This document shows, one piece after another, positions 29,017 to 39,272 of a stretch of DNA of 64,000 nucleotides. Each line of letters opens with the position of its first letter. Position 1 is the first letter of the stretch. The notes below the pieces were generated by a model. The model was not told the DNA's origin. It made no database searches and saw only the letters and a list, made by a program, of their open reading frames with translations. The stretch is from Planctomycetota bacterium (lineage in GTDB: Bacteria; Planctomycetota; Planctomycetia; Pirellulales; Pirellulaceae), in contig JAYZPA010000115.1 in NCBI GenBank assembly GCA_036150515.1, positions 1,644 through 65,643 on the forward strand, given 5' to 3'. A program made the position numbers and the translations under genes.

Positions 29017-29976
29017 CTAACGATTGCGCCAGAGGAGGTTGTCGTCGATGTGGAGTTGTTGCTGCTGTTCCGCAATTTCAAGCTTAAAACGTCGTGCATC
29101 CTGAGGATAACCGGCCGTTGGTTTTAGACCTTCAATCGATTGTAGCCAGAATTGATTGAAGGCGTGCATTGTTAATTCGCGGGTATATTTAGCATACATG
29201 GATGCCAGTGCCGTGGGTAAGAAACTCTCCCCTTTGGCAACAAATCGAAATTGAGTACGTCGATGTTCCGGCCCGCAATAGTAACGGCTGATCGCGCGGC
29301 TTTCCTCATGGATCTCGACTAGATAGTCCGGAAAAATTTGTTGCAACAGGTGGCTGTAATGGTTGCGACCTCCATGTTTATCACAGTGGACTAACATGGA
29401 CTGTGCAGGATGGTTTGCCGTGATTAAACGAACCAATTCAAGGGAACAATGGGATAGTAATTCTCCTTTGCTGGCGAAGGACTGTAGCAGGTGGTTAAAC
29501 CGGGCAGCGGGAATGCACATCACCTTTGCATCAACAAAGCGAATGTTGGTTTGGCTTAGGGTTTGTTGCAATTCACGTTGCAGACGCTCTAACGTTGTTG
29601 TGTCGGCATCCACCGGTAGTTGACGACGATAGCCATGAAACCAGGGGGATTGTGCCGACCACGCCGACCATTCCACGGCGCGGTGTTGCATCCAATCGGA
29701 AAAATCAGAGCTTTTATGAAGCAGTCCGGCAAAGGTATGGACCGCGCGTTCGAGGTTTTGTAGTCCCGATTTCGGTTTGTATGCTTTCTTGGAATCCCCG
29801 ATCATGATCCGCGATTTGTCAGCCAATGATGTGGAAATGGACTGAGCGAGTTGTTCATAGAGATCAAAATCGTTACTGAACTGCTCGTCCGGGATTTGCC
29901 AAAGCGTCGCGGCGATGCACAAGGGTCCCAGAAATGGCCCGTAGCCTGCTTCATCAATTCCAACAAGATATGCCAT
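29017..29976 (-). CDS. Atypical long RNase HII-like protein (RNase H fold, about 320 aa)
   Basis: ORF 29017..30081. I start it at the ATG at 29976 (MAYLVGIDEAGYGPFLGPL). GDSKK, HCDKHGG and ALASMYAKYTRE are spaced like the RNase HII D-E-D-D motifs, but with long inserts. Confidence 0.55.
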   Translation of the reverse strand: MAYLVGIDEAGYGPFLGPLCIAATLWQIPDEQFSNDFDLYEQLAQSISTSLADKSRIMIGDSKKAYKPKSGLQNLERAVHTFAGLLHKSSDFSDWMQHRAVEWSAWSAQSPWFHGYRRQLPVDADTTTLERLQRELQQTLSQTNIRFVDAKVMCIPAARFNHLLQSFASKGELLSHCSLELVRLITANHPAQSMLVHCDKHGGRNHYSHLLQQIFPDYLVEIHEESRAISRYYCGPEHRRTQFRFVAKGESFLPTALASMYAKYTRELTMHAFNQFWLQSIEGLKPTAGYPQDARRFKLEIAEQQQQLHIDDNLLWRNR

Positions 29977-30068
29977 TAGCAATCCATTCCAATGCGTAGG
30001 GAAAACCATGCTTTTGTAGACTGCCGTCGGAGTGGACGCCGTTGTCGGCCTACTGCCATGAGAGATTA

Positions 30069-30227
30069 GTATACAAAACAAGCCCGTTTTGATACGAACG
30101 ATTTTGTAGCCTCCGTGCTACTGAACGCCTTCCTTGGTATCTTGCTTCCCAACAATAATACTCAGATAGTGCGGTTACTAAATTCGTTATACTCGTATCA
30201 AAAACGGGCTGTTTGTTTTGGATGTAC
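30069..30227. repeat. Long imperfect palindrome (about 160 nt) that can form an extended hairpin. It may be a structured RNA leader or a MITE-like element
   Basis: The left arm at 30069-30097 is GTATACAAAACAAGCCCGTTTTGATACGA. It pairs with the right arm at 30194-30227, CGTATCAAAAACGGGCTGTTTGTTTTGGATGTAC. The paired segments are 6+4+5+8+3 bp with small bulges. Weaker pairing continues inward, and there is an internal hairpin GTAGC-CTCCGT-GCTAC. Confidence 0.6.
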
Positions 30228-30256
30228 TCGTTTGGGTAAAGATGATGGATCTTGGG

Positions 30257-30742
30257 TTAATTGCTTAATTCGTTGAATAGGTCCCGGAATTCCGGCATTT
30301 GTTCATTTAAGTACTGGATCCACTTCTCGGGATGCCAAAGTTCCACGCAGACGGAAGCTCCGATGACGAACAGAGGTTGCCCTGCGTCCACCCCCAGAAA
30401 TTCCCGAAATCCCTCTGGAATGACTAATCGGCCACGTCCGGCCATTTGCGTTGTAATGTGACGGGTGGAAAGTAAGCGTCCCAGTTGTAACAATCGATTG
30501 GTCTGTTGCTGTAGTTTTCCCGCTTTGAGCTTGTCTTCGACCCAGTGGATGCCACGTTGCAGATTCTCCTGCCAGGGATCCGCATTCCATAGGCTCAGAC
30601 ACCCCGGACGTTCTTTGGCAAGGACTAACTCCCGACCTTTCTGATGTAGTAGGTCGGATAGTTCTGAGGGGATGGAGAGGCGATACCGTTGGTCTAGTGT
30701 TCGACGGTATTCTCCGATCAGCAGCGTTTCCTGTGCAGGCAT
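30257..30742 (-). CDS. mraZ: MraZ family transcriptional regulator (two SpoVT/AbrB-like halves)
   Basis: GEYRRTLDQRYRLSIPSEL and GRGRLVIPEGFREFLGV...VCVELWHPEKW match the duplicated MraZ D-x-x-x-R / (K/G)-G-R-h-x-h-P pattern. Confidence 0.75.
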   Translation of the reverse strand: MPAQETLLIGEYRRTLDQRYRLSIPSELSDLLHQKGRELVLAKERPGCLSLWNADPWQENLQRGIHWVEDKLKAGKLQQQTNRLLQLGRLLSTRHITTQMAGRGRLVIPEGFREFLGVDAGQPLFVIGASVCVELWHPEKWIQYLNEQMPEFRDLFNELSN

Positions 30743-30831
30743 ATCGTTGGGTTGGGTGCTTAAGTGACGGGTGACGTTTCAACGTGGTCACGTGCCTCCA
30801 TGCTTGTGCCGACTCGGTGTCTAATTTGTTA

Positions 30832-30892
30832 ATGGGTTGAAAACCCACAAATGATGGTCATTCCTATCCAAAGATGGGTATAAAACCCACAA
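30832..30892 (-). promoter_or_regulatory. Two copies of a 19-nt partly palindromic operator-like motif upstream of the mraZ-like gene
   Basis: ATGGGTTGAAAACCCACAA lies at 30832-30850 and ATGGGTATAAAACCCACAA at 30874-30892. They are 17/19 identical with a 42-bp start-to-start offset. Each contains TGGGT(T/A)-N3-AACCCA. On the gene strand they read TTGTGGGTTTT. Confidence 0.5.
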
Positions 30893-31083
30893 TTAAGAGT
30901 TTAGTCATTTGGTGTGGCAATGCAAGGGTTTTTGTAAAAAAACTCTGAAACCAATCCAACAGTTTGTTTCACTGTGGTGCAGCAAGGTTATTGCCGATGG
31001 GCACAGAACCCACAGACGGGTGCATTCATGGAGAGAGTCCATCCAGCAGCACGACGGGAAGGGGTGAGTCGATGGGAGCAGGT

Positions 31084-32499
31084 TTAGTCGTCGAGGACTT
31101 TTTTGGATCGCAGAATATGGTGATAGTGCTGAGCGAAGCGATGAGCTTCATCGCGGATATATTGCAGCAGTTTCAAAGCTTGCGAGTTGCGGCTGAGTCG
31201 CAATGGTTCCGTGTCACCAGGTCGATAGATAAGTTCTTCTTTTTTAGCGAGTGCGAGCAGGGTGGGGGGTTGCACCTGGATATCACGAAATGCGGCCAGC
31301 GCCGCACTCAGCTGTCCTTTTCCACCGTCGATCAACAGAATATCGGGAAACAGCTCATGTTGTTTTGACAACCTCTGAAACCGACGTCCGACAACTTCAT
31401 GGATGCTGCGAAAGTCATCGACTCCTTTGACTTCATTTATTTTAAAGCGACGATATCCGGGTTTAAATGGGAGTCCGTCGATGAATTGAACCAGGCTGGC
31501 CACGGTTTGAGAGCCGCCTAAATGGGCAATATCAACGCCTTCGATCGTACGGGGTTCGAACTCAAGCTGCAGTACTTTCCTAAGTCCGCGGAGTCCTTTT
31601 TTCGGGTCTGTAACAAAGACCTCGGGTTGCCCGTGTTTCTCGATAGTCCCACGTTGATCGAGAGATTCGAGCATCGCAATTTCATCTCTCAGCTTCGCCG
31701 CTTTTTCAAAATCCAGATCCTTGGCAGCCTGTTGCATCTCCCGATCGGTCTTTTTTAGCAAACGGGACTTTTTACCGTCGAGAACCATCCTTAAGGCGCG
31801 AATATCACGTGCATATTGTTCGGGACTGATTTGTAGATTACAAGGTGCCGAGCATTGGTCGATGGATGCCAACAAACAAGGTCGGTACCATTTCCATTTT
31901 TCATCGGAGGCGTCGATATCTAAGCTACAGTTTCGAAATTTAAAGATGCGCTGCAAAATCGAGAGGGCACCGTGCAATTTCCCAGGGTTGGTAAATGGTC
32001 CATAAAGCCGGGCATCTTTTCCTGCAGGGTCGCGAGTGACTTCCACACGAGGGAAATCTTCACGTCGTGAAATCATGATATAAGGAAAGGACTTTCCGTC
32101 CTTCAGGTCTTTGTTGTGAGGCGGTTGAATATCTTTGATCAGTCGTGCTTCGGTGAGCAGAGCATCCACTTCACTTTCACAGGCCAGAAAATCGACATCG
32201 TGTATTTCATGCACCCAGTGTTTTGTTCGTGCATCTTGTCTGGCAGCTTTAAGAAAGTAGCTGCCGGCACGGGATCGCAGGTTATTCGCTTTCCCCACAT
32301 AAATTACCCGTCCGGCACCATCTTTCATCAGATAGACGCCGGGTGTTTGCGGGAATTGACGCACTTTGACTGCTGCCTGCCGGTACCCGTCGTAGGCCGG
32401 ATCCTTGATGAACTCACTTTCAGTGGAATCCGCTGCAGCGGTATCTCCCTCGGCATGGAGCTCCGACTTGTCTTCGAAATGTTCATCCGTATCAGACAT
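31084..32499 (-). CDS. uvrC: Excinuclease ABC subunit C, compact form lacking the C-terminal (HhH)2 domain
   Basis: The GIY-YIG motif is PGVYLMKDGAGRVIYVGKANNLRSR. The UVR motif is MQQAAKDLDFEKAAKLRDEI. The endonuclease domain reads IEGVDIAHLGG...LLIDGGKGQL...IRDEAHRFA. The ORF stops 15 residues after RDEAHRFA. Confidence 0.85.
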   Translation of the reverse strand: MSDTDEHFEDKSELHAEGDTAAADSTESEFIKDPAYDGYRQAAVKVRQFPQTPGVYLMKDGAGRVIYVGKANNLRSRAGSYFLKAARQDARTKHWVHEIHDVDFLACESEVDALLTEARLIKDIQPPHNKDLKDGKSFPYIMISRREDFPRVEVTRDPAGKDARLYGPFTNPGKLHGALSILQRIFKFRNCSLDIDASDEKWKWYRPCLLASIDQCSAPCNLQISPEQYARDIRALRMVLDGKKSRLLKKTDREMQQAAKDLDFEKAAKLRDEIAMLESLDQRGTIEKHGQPEVFVTDPKKGLRGLRKVLQLEFEPRTIEGVDIAHLGGSQTVASLVQFIDGLPFKPGYRRFKINEVKGVDDFRSIHEVVGRRFQRLSKQHELFPDILLIDGGKGQLSAALAAFRDIQVQPPTLLALAKKEELIYRPGDTEPLRLSRNSQALKLLQYIRDEAHRFAQHYHHILRSKKVLDD

Positions 32500-32533
32500 G
32501 GGAGGAAATGCGTGGGTTGGCTATGATTGGAAA

Positions 32534-33031
32534 TTAGGCATTCATGAAAGCCATTCGCAGCTGGTGCAGTATGGCGCTGAGTGTTTCCGATTCCTTCTCG
32601 TCAAGATTCCCCTTTGTTTTCTCTTCAATCAGGCCAAGCATATCGATATGGAATTTGGCTGCAGATTTATTGTTGGAGGTTTCGCCACTGACAGGGTCAG
32701 GCACTAATCCCAAAGCCATAATGGCTTGGGTATGATGGGTCATGAAGAGCATTTCCAGTGAGGCCGGTGGAAAGTCTGGCGCAGCGGCTGGCTCATCCGT
32801 CGCGGTGGAGGTATCATCCGTTTCTGCACAACCACATGCATCACCGCAGGATTCTGCTTCATCGGTATTTGCTGTGGCATCCGCCGTCTCTTCCGTTTCA
32901 GGTGAACCTGCTTCGTCTTCGGCGGCCTCATCTGTATCATCAGTCACGCCTTCAGCTGCGGCTGGATCGGTTTCTGGGAGAGAGTCCGTTTCGGATTCCG
33001 GAATATCGGTGGGTTCATTATCGATTGTCAT
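32534..33031 (-). CDS. DUF1844-like protein with a highly acidic N-terminal half
   Basis: The C-terminal FMTHHTQAIMALGLVPDPVSGE...HIDMLGLIEEKTKGNLDEKE resembles the DUF1844 pattern, recalled from memory. The N-terminal ~85 aa are a D/E/T/A-rich low-complexity region. Confidence 0.6.
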   Translation of the reverse strand: MTIDNEPTDIPESETDSLPETDPAAAEGVTDDTDEAAEDEAGSPETEETADATANTDEAESCGDACGCAETDDTSTATDEPAAAPDFPPASLEMLFMTHHTQAIMALGLVPDPVSGETSNNKSAAKFHIDMLGLIEEKTKGNLDEKESETLSAILHQLRMAFMNA

Positions 33032-33170
33032 CGTGACCTCAAAAGGGTGAAGTAGTTTTAGGGACGGAGGATATTATACAACCCCTGCTGAGGGCATGGA
33101 TACAACGCAGGAAAAGAAACCGGGAGTTCGCAAGTCGCTTTTCGGAGCAAGACAACGGCTTTGCAAACCG

Positions 33171-34868
<1,698 letters not shown>

Positions 34869-35035
34869 TCAATACCCAAATGTCGATTCCAGTATTCGAC
34901 ACCTTTCATTGTGGGTCATGCCAGTCAACGATCGTCGATCCACTTTTCATAAAATATAGTCAACCGACGTAGATGAGCAATCACCCCAATGCGACCATAA
35001 CAAGCTCAAAAACTTGTTCCATCAAGTTGCCAATT

Positions 35036-35785
35036 CTAACGATTATTCATTCTTCTGACAAATGCCTGATAGTCATCTTTTGTATCAATTCCGGCAGTTG
35101 GTTCATCGACGACACCCACCAGGATGGTAAATCCATGATCCAACACGCGCAATTGTTCAAGACTTTCTGTCATTTCGAGTTGTGATTGGGGAAGTTCAGA
35201 CAGTTGCAGGAGGAATTCCCGGCGATAGGCATAGAGTCCAATATGTTGATAAAACAGAGCGGGCTCTGCTTCGAGTTGTGCGTCCTCCCAATTCCGTGGA
35301 TGAGGAATGACGCTGCGGCTAAAATACATTGCGTGTTGGTTTTGATCAAAAACTACTTTTACACAAGCGGGATCTTCCAGTTGTGCCCGGTTCCGAATGG
35401 GTGTTCCTAGCGTTGCCATCACAGCCTCGGGGTTCTCTTCGAGGAGTTGCACGACCAGATCGATCGACTTCCCTGCAATTTCCGGTTCATCTCCCTGAAC
35501 GTTTACGACAATTTCAACATCGTGGAGTTGTTCCGCCACTTCCGCCACGCGGTCCGTTCCACTCGGTGCTTCAGGATCCGTCATCATCACGGATCCCTGA
35601 AAGGCCTGGACAGCCTGAAAGATTTTGTCATGGTCGGTTGCAACGATGATCCCTGCGGGGCGCGTGGCCTGGAGGGCGGATTCATAGGTATGTTGAATCA
35701 GGGATTTCCCTGTTTCATTCAGTAATAATTTTTCCGGCAACCGCGTCGAACGGAGCCTTGCAGGGATAATGATATGACTTTTCAT
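35036..35785 (-). CDS. kdsB: 3-deoxy-manno-octulosonate cytidylyltransferase (CMP-Kdo synthetase)
   Basis: Motifs are IIIPARLRSTRLPEKLL, VVNVQGDEP and LEQLRVLDHG. Confidence 0.9.
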   Translation of the reverse strand: MKSHIIIPARLRSTRLPEKLLLNETGKSLIQHTYESALQATRPAGIIVATDHDKIFQAVQAFQGSVMMTDPEAPSGTDRVAEVAEQLHDVEIVVNVQGDEPEIAGKSIDLVVQLLEENPEAVMATLGTPIRNRAQLEDPACVKVVFDQNQHAMYFSRSVIPHPRNWEDAQLEAEPALFYQHIGLYAYRREFLLQLSELPQSQLEMTESLEQLRVLDHGFTILVGVVDEPTAGIDTKDDYQAFVRRMNNR

Positions 35786-35821
35786 CGTCTGCTTCTTTTT
35801 TAAGCGGTTTCAAAAACGGGA

Positions 35822-37558
35822 TTAGAATCCGAATACAAGTTTGCCCAGAGTGTATGTAACGAGAGGAATCAAAATGATGGAAACAGCATTGAGTACGATA
35901 CCTGCTCGAGCCATTTGACGAATGGTAACCTGACCTGATGCAAACACGATCGCATTGGGTGGAGTGGCGACGGGCAGCATAAATGCACAGGAGGCTGCTA
36001 AACCGGCAGGAATCAACAACAGTCGGGCGTCTGCTCCAAGGCTGTCGGATAACTGAATCAGTAATGGGAAAATGAGTGCAGCGGTTGCTGTATTGCTCGT
36101 AACTTCGGTCAATAAAACGATCGTGGAAGTGACGATCAGTAAAATCAAAATGGTCGCCGTCGCTCCGGTTGGGGTAATGGCATTGCAAATGATCTCACCT
36201 AGTCCACTGGATTTCATGGCGGAGGCCAGTGCCAGCCCACCACCAAATAACAGCAGCACGCCCCAGGGAAGTTTCGCAGCGGTTTTCCAGTCCAGTAATG
36301 CCCGATCCCGATGACCCAACGCCGGAAAGACAAACAACAGTAAGGCTCCGGTCATTCCAATAACGGTATCATCGAGATAGATGATGTTGGGCAACCAACT
36401 CTGTAAAAAAGCGGACTCGGTAATAAATTGTCGCGAGATCCACAACAGGGCCGTACAACCGAATATGACAGCGACCGATATCTCAGGTTTACTCATCGGT
36501 CCTAATCGTGTTAATTCGCTACGGATTAGCTGGCGACCACCTTCCACGGCAGGCAGGGAAATACGAAAGATCAACTTGGTCATCAGCAACCAAATAAGAA
36601 ACAGGAAAAGCATGGTGAGCGGTAATCCAAAGACCATCCATTCCCCGAAACTGATGAAGATGCCATGATCCTCAAGCTCATTTCTCAGCAGTAAATTGGT
36701 AGGTGTCCCCATGAAGGTGGCTAAGCCGCCAACGGAGGCGGCATAGGCGATCGAGAGCATCATGCAGGCGGCGAACGGGCCCAGTTGAGCATGATGTTCC
36801 GGGGATGTCTTGGCCTTGACCAACGTTACCAGACTTAATGCTATAGGTAACATGACAACCGTCGTTGCGGTGTTACTAATCCACATGCTCAGCATGGCTG
36901 TGGTGATCATGAATCCGGCGATTAATCGGGTCGGCTGAGTTCCTAACATCAGGATGGTGTACAAAGCGATCCGTTTATGTAGATTCCATTTTTCAATCGC
37001 CAGTCCCAGCAGGAATCCTCCCATCAACAGAAAAACATAACGGCTGGCATAATTTCTAGCCGTGACTTCGAATAGATTTGCCGGGCGCGATGCGGTTAAA
37101 TATTGATTGCCAATATGGAACACTTCGATTTCTGTATGGGTTGGCGTGGCGGTTTCGACGGCGACGGATCCGGATTGCTGATCCCTCCGGGTGAGGATTC
37201 CTCTGCCGGACTGCGGATGACTGAAAACCTGAGGATGATACAGATCCCCGGGGATGTTCCACGTTACACTCTGGTTTAATTTGGGTTGAATGGCTTCGTT
37301 CAGTCCGATGCCAAACAAAGGAAACATTGCCAGAGGAAGCATGGCTGTGGCTGCCAGAGGGATCGCTTCGGTAATCCACCAGATTGCCATCAACAGCACA
37401 ATCGCGGCCGTGGCGATGGCCGGTCCGGATAACTCGGTTTGGCTGTTTAACAGCAATGCCAGTCCTGCCGATCCCAGCAGACCCAGTCGTAGACCCCAGC
37501 GGTTTGCCGCACTACGTTGGTTTTGACGATCTGATGTTAGTAAGGGAGGGTCGGACAT
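35822..37558 (-). CDS. SLC13/DASS family anion:sodium symporter with an ~80-aa loop insertion
   Basis: This is a 578-aa polytopic protein. Motifs are WWITEAIPLAATAMLP, two SNTAT re-entrant motifs (WISNTATTVVMLP and EVTSNTATAAL) and PPNAIVF. Confidence 0.8.
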   Translation of the reverse strand: MSDPPLLTSDRQNQRSAANRWGLRLGLLGSAGLALLLNSQTELSGPAIATAAIVLLMAIWWITEAIPLAATAMLPLAMFPLFGIGLNEAIQPKLNQSVTWNIPGDLYHPQVFSHPQSGRGILTRRDQQSGSVAVETATPTHTEIEVFHIGNQYLTASRPANLFEVTARNYASRYVFLLMGGFLLGLAIEKWNLHKRIALYTILMLGTQPTRLIAGFMITTAMLSMWISNTATTVVMLPIALSLVTLVKAKTSPEHHAQLGPFAACMMLSIAYAASVGGLATFMGTPTNLLLRNELEDHGIFISFGEWMVFGLPLTMLFLFLIWLLMTKLIFRISLPAVEGGRQLIRSELTRLGPMSKPEISVAVIFGCTALLWISRQFITESAFLQSWLPNIIYLDDTVIGMTGALLLFVFPALGHRDRALLDWKTAAKLPWGVLLLFGGGLALASAMKSSGLGEIICNAITPTGATATILILLIVTSTIVLLTEVTSNTATAALIFPLLIQLSDSLGADARLLLIPAGLAASCAFMLPVATPPNAIVFASGQVTIRQMARAGIVLNAVSIILIPLVTYTLGKLVFGF

Positions 37559-37781
37559 ATTTTTGATAATTTGTCGTGGAAGTCAGCAGTGGGAATGCTT
37601 TCTGTTTGTACAACAGGATGGGGTTGCATTGAAACAGAATGCACCGATGCTGGAAAAATGAAGCAATAATATGGTAACATGGCACGAAGCGAAGATAACA
37701 AATCATTATGTGTAGGTGTTTATACACCGTGTAGTGATTTTAACGGAACCCTGAAAAAAGGTAGTAAAGCGAGCCCAGTTC

Positions 37782-39020
37782 ATGAACAGACAACGATTCA
37801 TCTTGAGTTTATTGATTTCAGTTACATTCGGACTGCATGCTGTGTCCGCGGCAGACTGGCCCACGTGGCGAGGTGCCGATCGCGACGATTTGTCAAGCGA
37901 AACCGGATTACTCCAGTCCTGGCCGGAGGGTGGGCCCCAACAATTATGGACCTTTAACAAGGCCGGCAATGGCTATTCTGGATTTGCCATTTCCAATGGG
38001 ACGCTATATACCCTGGGGACGCGTAACGGTAAAGAAATTCTCCTGGCGTTGGATGCCAATACCGGTAAAGAAAAAGGTGCTGTTGCGATGGCACCCATTC
38101 TCAGTAATAACTGGGGAAATGGTCCTCGTGGAACACCGACGGTCGCCGATGGAATGGTCTTTGCGATGAGTGGTAACGGAGTGCTCGTGGCCGCTGATGC
38201 CAAGACTGCCGCCACCAAATGGACAGTAAATATGTCTGATTTCGGAGGACGCAGACCCGGTTGGGGGTATTGTGAAAGTGTAACGGTTGATGGAAATCAG
38301 GTTATTTGTTCACCTGGTGGAGCACAGGGAACGTTGCTTGCATTACGAGTCGCTGACGGATCGAAAGTCTGGCAAAGTGCTGAAATGACCGACGGTGCGC
38401 AGTATGCAAGTATTGTCACGATCGAACATGAAGGAGTGCGTCAATACGTACAATTAACGCAGCGGCATATCTTTGGAGTGAACGCACAGTCAGGAAAAGT
38501 TCTTTGGCAAAGTCCATGGGAAGGCCGCACGGCGGTGGTTTCGACTCCCATTCATAAAAATGGCTATGTCTATGTCAGTTCCGGATATGGAGTCGGCTGC
38601 AAATTGGTCAAGTTAGGAAGCGGAACGGCCTCGGAAGTCTACCGTAATCAGGTGATGAAAAATCACCATGGAGGCGTTTTACTATATGGTGACCATTTGT
38701 ATGGATATTCTGATGGCCCGGGTTGGATTTGTCAGAACTTCCTGACCGGTGAAATGGTATGGAACAGCAAGAGTCTGGGCAAAGGCTCGGTGACTTATGC
38801 CGATGGAAGGTTGTATGCGGTTAGTGAATCGGATGCGAGCGTTGTCCTGCTGGCAGCATCTCCGGACGGCTATCAGGAACATGGTCGGTTTAAGTTGAGC
38901 CCCTTGTCCACCATCCGTAGTGATCGTGGGAAGGTGTGGACCCATCCGGTTATATCGAACGGCAAGTTGTATTTGCGTGATCAGGATATGATCTACTGCT
39001 ATGACATCAAGCAAAAGTAG
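37782..39020 (+). CDS. PQQ-like beta-propeller repeat protein (BamB-fold), secreted
   Basis: It has a signal peptide (MNRQRFILSLLISVTFGLHAVSA), then WPTWRG and repeated G.(L/V)Y....G.(L/V).A(L/V)D..TG...W blades. Confidence 0.75.
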   Translation: MNRQRFILSLLISVTFGLHAVSAADWPTWRGADRDDLSSETGLLQSWPEGGPQQLWTFNKAGNGYSGFAISNGTLYTLGTRNGKEILLALDANTGKEKGAVAMAPILSNNWGNGPRGTPTVADGMVFAMSGNGVLVAADAKTAATKWTVNMSDFGGRRPGWGYCESVTVDGNQVICSPGGAQGTLLALRVADGSKVWQSAEMTDGAQYASIVTIEHEGVRQYVQLTQRHIFGVNAQSGKVLWQSPWEGRTAVVSTPIHKNGYVYVSSGYGVGCKLVKLGSGTASEVYRNQVMKNHHGGVLLYGDHLYGYSDGPGWICQNFLTGEMVWNSKSLGKGSVTYADGRLYAVSESDASVVLLAASPDGYQEHGRFKLSPLSTIRSDRGKVWTHPVISNGKLYLRDQDMIYCYDIKQK

Positions 39021-39272
39021 ATCACGGCTTATCGGTGGTGATGTTATCAACGTGGCGCAATGGGTGAGCTGAGGATTTATTGGTTTCTGTGTGGGTAGAC
39101 AAAACAACCAAAATGGTTGAGATTGGTAAAATGCAATTGCGGCTGGGTTGCACCTGCAGGAGAGCGTTTTCAATTCAGGTGGATTTTCATTTGCTTGCAG
39201 GGATGGATTCAGATAGAGGATAGGGAAGATCCACATTCATCAATGCAATCCGGTTTACAAATCATTTTCGGG

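Noticed and set aside
29977-30081. A 35-codon N-terminal extension of the RNase HII-like ORF.
   Set aside because: The RNase HII motif I normally sits within a few residues of the N-terminus. The extension also overlaps the left arm of the long palindrome, which argues that it is non-coding.
30303-30848. A 181-aa ORF overlapping the mraZ-like gene in another frame on the same strand.
   Set aside because: The mraZ frame has clear family motifs. The alternative frame is Arg/Pro/Ser/Thr-rich with no motif, which is typical of an out-of-frame artefact.
32760-33031. The extremely acidic, Thr/Asp/Glu/Ala-rich N-terminal half of the DUF1844-like protein, together with overlapping ORFs on both strands (32742-33050 and 32740-32940).
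   Set aside because: Low-complexity coding sequence with biased composition keeps several frames open. The overlapping ORFs are composition artefacts.
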